NCBI RefSeq assembly: GCF_000142905.1
Contig: NW_013657677.1
Location: forward strand, 310,001 to 374,000
DNA: 64,000 bases
Direction: 5' to 3'
From: Thecamonas trahens ATCC 50062
Taxonomy: Eukaryota > Protista > Apusomonadida
Shown here: positions 56,201 through 64,000 of the stretch, piece by piece
How the letters are laid out: every line of letters starts with the position of its first letter
Numbering within the stretch: the stretch's first letter is position 1
Notes under the pieces: model-generated
The model's input: the letters and a program-made list of their open reading frames with translations, nothing else
The model's database searches: none
What the model was told of the DNA's origin: nothing
Position numbers and translations under genes: made by a program

Positions 56201-59200
56201 CTCCTTGACGAGGAAGCCCGAGCCGGCCGAGGTGCCAACCAGGCCAGTCGTCACCACGCCAGCGCGCTCGTAGAGCTTGGCCTGGAACGAGCGCGGGACA
56301 AAGCCGACACGGAGGTAGCCCTGCAGCTGGTCCGGGTTGACACCGGCCTCGGCAAGCTTGGTCGCCGCAATTGACGAAATCTGTCCGGTGGTGGCAATGC
56401 GGTCAAACGAGCCAAGGAGCTCGGCGGGGAGCATGTCCTCGATGAGCTCCTGGACCTTGGCCTCGAGCATGTCGCGGAGACGCTCAAAGAACGAGGTCAG
56501 TCGCTGGCGGAGCGTCACGACATGCGTCACCACCGCCATGATAGCCACAAAGACCGGAATGGCGCCGGCCGGGTTGATGAACACCCCAAGCGTGACCCAG
56601 AGGAAGACGCCCGAGACGTAAATGAGCGAGACAAAGACGCAGACGTAGCCGACCCAGCGGTAGGCGACCTTGGCAATCTTGAGTGCAGAGCGGACGACGG
56701 CGTGGAAAGAGCGGCGAAGGCGCGACCACTCGGCCGTGTTGATCCGCCGGTGCTCGCCGAGCACCACCCGCTTGATGGAAAGGTAGTACTTGCAGAGGAA
56801 GAGCGTGGCGAGGGCAAGATAGATGCCGTCAAGAACCCAGATGAGAATGATGGTAGTGCGGTGCCACGAGGCGAAAAAGTCGAGCGAGGTTGCAGCGAGC
56901 CAGAACCAGACCGTGGCAAACATCGAGGGAATGATCGGGAGGTTGACCGCCACCACATGGACAAGAACAGTGCAGACCTCATAGAACAAGTTGTGGGTGG
57001 TCTCGGCGACAATGACATGGTCGGCGCGCGCATCCTCGGGCGTGGCGTTCGGGAGGAGCATCTCCAGATAGAAAAAGAACGAGAGCTTGCGCTTGATAAA
57101 CTGGGCCACGCGCCGCTCCTCAAACTCGGACCAAACCGACTCGCCGTCGGCAAGGACCGCAAACTTGTGGTCGTCGAGCATGTTCTGCTGGAGGCGGCGT
57201 TCCTGGACAGCGTAAAAGTAGACGCCGAACGACATGAGAGCGATGGCGAGGAGAATCGAGAGCACAAGCGCAAAGACAATGATGACAGTCGTCTTGCCAC
57301 GGTTCCACATCGAAATGCACCGCGCCCGCTCGCTGCCTGGCACGTCTGACTCGACAAACTCGTTGAGACAGTCCTCGGCCGAGAGCCGCCACGTGAGAAT
57401 GCCGTCAATGTCGTTAAAGTAGAGCGAGAGCATGTCCGCCGTCTGCGCCATCCGGGCGTCGTTGGCGTACTCGGCGGCCACCGGCGAGGCGTCAAACGGA
57501 CAGAGTCCTGGATGCTGCGCAAACGAGGCGCGCGAGACCGGCGGCGAGATCATGGTGAGGCCAAAGAACTGCGCGAGGTCCGGCGTGAGGAGCGCAAACA
57601 GATCGTTGGTAGTGTAGTACCAAAAGCCTGACGAGAGCGCACCGGCGCCACGGACCTTGAACTTGATAAACTCGGCGACATGGACCTCGCCCTCCTTGAG
57701 CACAGGATCGATGAGCTCCGCCACGCGCGCCTGGTCGGCTGGCGAGAGGTTGGGCAGGTTGGCCTGAACCTGCAGCGACGTTGTGTTCGCCGCAAGCGTA
57801 AAGCCGTAGCTGGCCACCTTGGTCCGCGCTGGCACGGACTGGAGCGCAATGACTCCCGATGCCGACGCCACAGACCCGTTGGTGACAGCAGCCGAGCCCG
57901 AGGCATCGGGCGCGAGAGACACCGAGCCCGACGGTGAGCCGGCCGGCGAGCCGACGCCGCCTGACGACGAGCCCGGGCCGGCTGCCACGGCACAGTAGTA
58001 CGAGTTGGGCGAGGCAACCGCCACGCTGAGCGCGTTGGGCGAAGTGAGGGTGACGTCGGCCGAAGTGGTGTTGACGTCAAACGTCGCCGTCCGCAGCGAG
58101 TGAACCTGGACTGAGCCGGCCTCGACCTGGGCGTGCATGTCCGCGCCCTGGAGCTCGTAGAGCTCAGCGTAAACAATTTTGCCAGCAATGTCGAGCATGC
58201 CGGTGGCAGCGTCGAGCACGAGCGAGCCCTCGATCTCCGACTCTTGCTCGCCAATGGCCTTGATGGCCAGCTTGCCGGCAAAGCCGGACGGGACGGTGAG
58301 GTCGACAAGGCACGGGCGGATGCCGGTGAGCGGCACAAAGTCAACAGGGATGTTTGGGTTGTCAAACTCGGACGACGGGAGCGTGATGGCGACGGACGAG
58401 CTGTTTGTCGCCGCCAACTCGCCAAACCGGTTGCTTTCCTGGAAGAACACAAACGGCGAGCCTGGTGGCCCAACGCCAAGGCGAAGGAAGCAGGCCTGGA
58501 CCGAGACCGAGAGGACCGAGCCCGCGGCTGGGGCAGCAAGCTCGATGCGCGTTGACGATGACGAGAGTGCCATAAAGTAGACAAGGCCAAAGATGGCACC
58601 GACAACAAAGCCAAGGTAGAGGAGGATGCGGTGAATGTTCCACTTGAGGGCGCGGGAGGTGTGGTACTTGACCGCGGCCGACGACTGGAGCTCGCGGCCA
58701 AAGGTGGCAAAGAGGCCGCCACAGGTGCCCGACCAGCAGAGGACGGCAATGAGCCACGACCAGACCTTGTCGCACATCGACTCCTCCTTCTCGGGGACGT
58801 GGAAAATGACTGAAGCAAGGACAGTCTCGACCTCGGCCTCGACCTGAGCGTTGACATCGCGCTCCTCGGCGACGGCGGTGTCGAGTTTGGCTGAGAACTG
58901 ATTAAAGTTAGCGGTTGCACGGACGGATCGCTGCTGGTAGAGCGAGGCGAGCTGGGTGAGCTTGGTCTCGATGAGGGTGGCAGCCTCAGGGTTGGGCGTG
59001 TTGAACCACGGGCCAACGCGGCTGGTCATGTCGCTCTTGGCGGCGCGGATCTCAGACATGACCTGCTCCCAGAACGTCTTTTGCGAGGAAAACGCCTGCT
59101 CCTGGAGGAAGAGCGCTTCCAGCGAGTGGAGGCGGGTCCGCTCGAGGGCACGATGGTAGTCGCGGAGGCGCTCGCGGGTGTGATGCAGCTCGGAGTTGTA

Positions 59201-62200
59201 GGCCTCGAGCGAGGGGCAGATGTCCTGCACAAAAGTGACCCACTTGCGGCCGAGCTTGCGGACCTTGCGGCGGAGGCGGTACTCGTCTTCGCGGGCATCC
59301 ATGTACTGGTCAAGGCCGGCGATTGAGTAGGCACGGGTGGTGGCGGCGGTGAGGCGAACGGCGTGCTGACGCACTGCTCGTAGAGATCGATGGCAAACGT
59401 CGGCGAGAAGGCGATGATGGGCAGGACACGACCAAGGAGACCGTACATAAAGCCGTAGACGGTTTCATGGGCAATGTCCTTGGCCACCTTGGCAAACTTG
59501 TCCGAGGCGGTGGTGAGGGCAAACCGGGCCTTCTTCTGAGCTTCGAGGAGGTCGTTGCGCTCGGTCTGGGCCTTTTGCGAGTCGGCGGCGGAGCGGAGTT
59601 CGCGGAGCTTGCGCTCGATGGCGTCAACGGTCTGCTGCTCGTGGCGTTGCTGAGCGGTGAGGATGTAGAGCTTGGTGACCTTGAACTCGAGGAGCGCCTT
59701 GCGGGCTGGGAACCAGACCTTTTTCACGCTCCGCTCGTACTGCTTGCGCTCCTTTGCCTCGCCGACGCGGATGACAGCATCATGGAAGAGCGAATGGAGC
59801 TGGGCCATCTCGAACCGCGCCTCGCGGTACTTGAGCGCAGCCTTGTAGCACGCGGCAACCTTCTTGGGGTTCTTGACCAGAACCTCATCCATCTTGCGGA
59901 CCTTCTTGCTAGCCTTCTCGAGATCGTCGACCGAGCCAGATGACGAGAACGAGGATGCGGTGTCGATGGCATCGATGGCGATGCCGACGCGGCCCTCGAT
60001 GGCAGACGAGCTTGAGGTCTCGAGGTCGGAGATGATAGACGAGATGTAGGTCGACGTGGCGTCGTCGTCGCTGTCGTCGTAGCCGTCATAGTCGTCGTCA
60101 TAGTCGTCGTCGTCGTCGTCATCATCGTAGCCGTCGCCGTCGGTGGCGGTGGTATCATCGTCGGTGGCAGTCGAGTCTTCGGTTGAGCGGGCCTCCTGCT
60201 GCTCTGAGATGAGCCTGGCTCGGGTGAAGAGAACGCGGTACTCGGCGCTCGACGAAGACGAGCGCGAGGCGATGGAAGACGAGCATGACGAGGAGCTGGC
60301 CGAGGACGACGAGGCCAGAGTTGACGTCAGGTTTTCCTGCTGCTCATCATCATAGTCGGTGGTAGTGGCGCCAAAGTCGGCGTCAGTGTCGTAGTCAGTG
60401 GTGGTGGCGCCAAAGTCGGCATCGGTGCCGTCGGTGCCGTCGGTGCCGTCGGTGCCATCGGTGTCGTAGCCGGTGGTGCCACATGCATCCGTTTCGGCGT
60501 CGGTGGAGACAGCAGCAAAGAGGAACATGTCTTCGTCACCGGCATCTGTCTCCTCGGCGCCAAAGTCAAAGGCTGCGGGCCCGCTGCCGGCGTCGTCGTC
60601 GTTGTCGCCGGCGTCGTCGTCGTCGAGGGCCGAGGTGGAGACGTCGTAGCGAGTTGACTCGTAGGCCGAGTAGTCTGCGGTCGACTCGTTGTCGGAGTCG
60701 TACGAGTTGGAAGAGGGCAGCGACTCAGGAGCCGGCTGGTAGATCGGGTACTTGCGACCAAGCTTGTACGCCTCCTCCCAGGCACGGGCGACAGATGTGG
60801 AGCTGAGCGGCGCAAGGTCCTTGGCGGCGCCAATGCTGTACTTGGTAAAGATCTTGAAGAAGGCGGCGAAACGGGCCTCCTTCTCGCCGGTGTTTGTGAT
60901 GATTTCGTCAAAGAGCTCAGAACGGTAGGCGTAGTAGCCCTTGAATGCCTCGGTGGTGAGAGCACGGAGGTAGGCGGCGGCCTTGGTGGAGACGCGGAGG
61001 GCGAGCATGCGGATGGCGACGTCGTCCTTGTGCTCGTTGGAAGGGATGATGCGGCGCTGGTAGACCGAGTCATCGAGGACCTTGAGCGCCTGGCTGCAGT
61101 ACGTCGACTGCAGGGTCGAGTAGACGCGGTGCAGAGTCTCCTTGAGGAGGCGGGTGCGAAGGCGCATGAGCGTGTTCCACATCGACTTTTGGGCGGCGGT
61201 CTTGGCGGCCTCGCGCTCGCTACGCGGCAGCTTCTTGATCTTGGGGTTGTTGAACATCGATGAGAACTTGTCGGTGATGGAAAGGACAACTTCGACGGCG
61301 GTGGCCGGATCCACACGCTTTTGCATGCGGGCGCGGTCCGAGCTCGAAGTCGATGACGAGTTGTCGTCGTCCTTGTCGTCATCCTTGCCGTCCTCCCCTT
61401 CGTCAGCAGCCTTCTTGGCGCCCTCCTCGACCGCGCGACCTGTCTCGGCGTCATAGGTGGCCATGGTGGGTTCGCGGAGGCGAAAGATCTGGTACTGGAA
61501 CTCGTCGTTCCACTCCATGTCAAGGTCGTTCTCGAACTCGTACTCGGCATCAAGCTCGGGCGGCTGGTAGGCAAAGTCGGTGTCATCCGAGGCATCGTCC
61601 TTGCCCTTGCCCTTGTCCTTGGACGTCTTGTTCTTCTTGGACTTTTTGGACTTTTTGGACTTTTTCTTGCCCTTGCTCTTGCCCTTGCCGACCGTGCTCG
61701 AGCCGGCGCCATCGTCGGTCTCTTCAACAAAGGTCTCGGAGACGTCCATCCACTCGGAGCCGGAGATGTCGAGGTCTGAGCCACCGTCGACTGAAGCCGA
61801 CGAGAGGTCGACGGCCTCGGCCGGGTCGGCCTTGCCGCGCTTCCGCGAGCGGAAGAATGACGAGACGGCGTGCTCGCGCTTTCGGCGCGCGGTCTTGGAC
61901 TTGATTCCGCGCTTGCTGAGAACGGCGGCGTTGACGACGTTGTATGTGTTGTACCAGTCGCGGACGCACGAGTAAAGCACCGGGTTGCGGAGTTCGTGGA
62001 GAACAATGATCTCGGCCTCGTCCTTGGGAACGCCCTTGACCTTCTTAGACCGCGAGTTAAACGCGTCCATCAGCGTCGTGAGGTACATGACAAAGGCCTC
62101 CTGCCGCGACGCGACGTCGCCGAACTTGTCGAGCAGCGTGTACATGACGTTGACTGAGACGTCGTCGACCATGTTGTCCAGGATCCGCGCCTCGACCTGC

Positions 62201-62761
62201 CGAGCAAAGACCTTGTTGAACTGGTGCTTCCACGCATTGAGGTCGATGTGGTACTCTTTGGCGGCATCATAAAGCGCACTGCGTTGTTGGCATTGTGGAC
62301 GAAAAAAAATACCGCAGACGGTGAGTGGCCCGCTCGCAAAAAAGCAACTCAGACGCTGAACCTCGAACGAACAACTTGCCTGCACAGCTCCATGGGGAGT
62401 GGTAGCGTTGTCATCCAGAGGGGTTATTGGGAGGGAATGGTAGGCGAGGGATGGTAGAGACTGGAATGGGAGGGAGGGGGGAGAGCGAGAGGAAGGAAAG
62501 AGGGAGGGGGGAAGGGGGGGGGAGTGGGAGAGGGTGTGGGCGGGGATCAGTGTGGGTTTCCCGCTGGACGAAGTGGCAGCAGACAGAGCCGGGAAGGGAG
62601 GGAGATACTGGTAGCGCGTACCGCTTGCGGCTCATGATGTCAGTGACGAGCTGGGTGGACTTGTGCTTGACCATGAGGCTGAAGACCTCATCATCGTGGC
62701 TGTCGTAGCTCTCATAGGAGCCAGCACTGGAGGAGCCCTCGGTCTCTGAGTAGGTTGACAT
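53291..62761 (-). CDS. Giant (~3,040 aa) uncharacterised multi-pass membrane protein (exons 62761-62622, 62278-53291)
   Basis: ORFs 59026..62385 and 53291..59374 overlap and join with one added base near 59365-59374; typical codon bias throughout; first exon ends in GTACGC. Confidence 0.8.
62279..62621 (-). other. Spliceosomal intron (C-rich)
   Basis: GTACGC...ACTCAC...CGCAG, phase 2. Confidence 0.8.
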
Positions 62762-62862
62762 GACCCTGGAGACGAGTTGGCCGTGCGGGAGTGAATTGAG
62801 CCCTGTCGGGCAGGGCGGGCAGGGATGGGGGCTTGTTACTAAGATAGATACGGCAGTCCAAG

Positions 62863-64000
62863 TTAGGCCTTGACATCGTAGGTGCGACGCCACATGTCGT
62901 CGATGTTGGTGAGGTAGTAGGTACCCGGGAGGAGGTCATCGTGCGAGTCAGTGGGGTGTAGGGGGCGGAGCCGTGGGCAGCCTCGCGGAGAGCGAGCTTG
63001 GCGACAAACTCCTCGGGGGTGCGGACGGTGCGGGCGGCAAGGCGGGCAACGACGTCGGTCTTCTCGCGGATGGAGGCAAGCGAGCCCTTGACGGTGAGCG
63101 AGAAGAGCGAGGAGGCCATGCCGGAGCCGTAGGAGAACATGAAGATGCGCTTGCCGGCGAGGGCGTCGTCGTCGAGGTTGGCGATGAGCGAGAGGAGGCC
63201 GCCGTAGACCGAGGCGGTGTACATGTTGCCACAGAGCTTGGACATGGCGACCGAGGGGCCGACGACGCGCTCAAAGCGCTCGGCGTTGGGCTTGAGGAAG
63301 GCGGCGAGGATGCCCTTCTCGTACGAGTCAGCCTCGGCGACGGCGGCGGCGGTGACGAGCTCGGGGGCGTCGGCAAAGGCCTCTGGGTTGGTGCGCACGT
63401 CGTTGTAGAGGAAGCGCCCAAACGACTTGATGACAAGCTTGTTGAACGGGCAGTGGAAGGCGGCGTAGTCAATGGCGTTGATGTTGAACGGCTCGCCGGT
63501 CACCTTCTCAAACTTGGCCTTGTAGTTGTCGTAGCAGCGGTCGAGGGCGCGGAGGTAGCACTTGATGGTCTGCGGGCCGTCGACGGTCGGGTACTCGGAT
63601 GAGAGGTCGGGCTTGTAAAAGTCGTACGTGTGCTCAAAGTGCGAGGCGCGGAGCTTGGTGTCGAACACCAGCGGGGCGTTGGGCCGATGAGCATGGCGAC
63701 GGCGCCACAGCCACCGGTCGGGCGCGCGTTGCCCTCGGCGTACACCGCAATGTCACCGGCGACAACCAGGGCGTAGCGGCCGTCCCACGCCGACGACTCG
63801 ATCCAGTTGATCGAGTTGAAGAGCGCGTTGGTTCCGCCGTAGCACGCGTTGGTGGTGTCGATGCCCTCGACGTCATCGTTGCCGGACTCGGCAAAGAGCT
63901 GCATGAGGACCGACTTGACTGACTTGGACTTGTCAATGATGGTCTCGGTGCCGACCTCGAGCCGACCGATGTCAGAGTACGAGATGCCGTACTTGGCAAC
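62863..64000 (-). CDS. HMGCS: Hydroxymethylglutaryl-CoA synthase; 5' end beyond the window
   Basis: [77 protein letters not shown]. One C is missing at each of 63681-63683 and 62953-62956; corrected stop TAA at 62863-62865. Confidence 0.97.

Overview
This is eukaryotic nuclear DNA, not prokaryotic. It is a very GC-rich, gene-dense, intron-poor stretch from a flagellated protist. Its style suggests an apusomonad such as Thecamonas trahens, but that is inference only. About 27 protein-coding genes are present, with one 100-N assembly gap; no rRNA, tRNA, CRISPR array or transposon is supportable. Recognisable genes are ALDH22/MSC7-like ALDH, NUP50, ODAD1/CCDC114, DLEC1, DNAI4/WDR78, KMO, eIF4E, RAD50, IFT81, NAT10, an RSP7-like RIIa/EF-hand protein, a cytochrome b5-fused desaturase and HMG-CoA synthase. 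Eleven introns can be placed exactly. All lie near the 5' end of their genes, ten have GTAYG donors, and they are strongly C-rich, G-rich or both in blocks. Twelve to thirteen reading-frame breaks are each repaired by adding one base, nearly always in a homopolymer, so they are probably sequencing under-calls. The best leads are: (1) co-oriented genes only 100-230 bp apart with acceptor-like signals but no good donor, raising possible polycistronic transcription or trans-splicing; (2) a mitochondrion-targeted, catalytically degenerate phosphonoacetate hydrolase (PhnA) homologue; (3) a CCCH-EEP nuclease fused to a poly(A)-polymerase-like RNA-binding domain; (4) a ~3,040-aa multi-pass membrane protein with an unrecognised helical repeat; and (5) a front-end desaturase with HIEHH instead of QIEHH.
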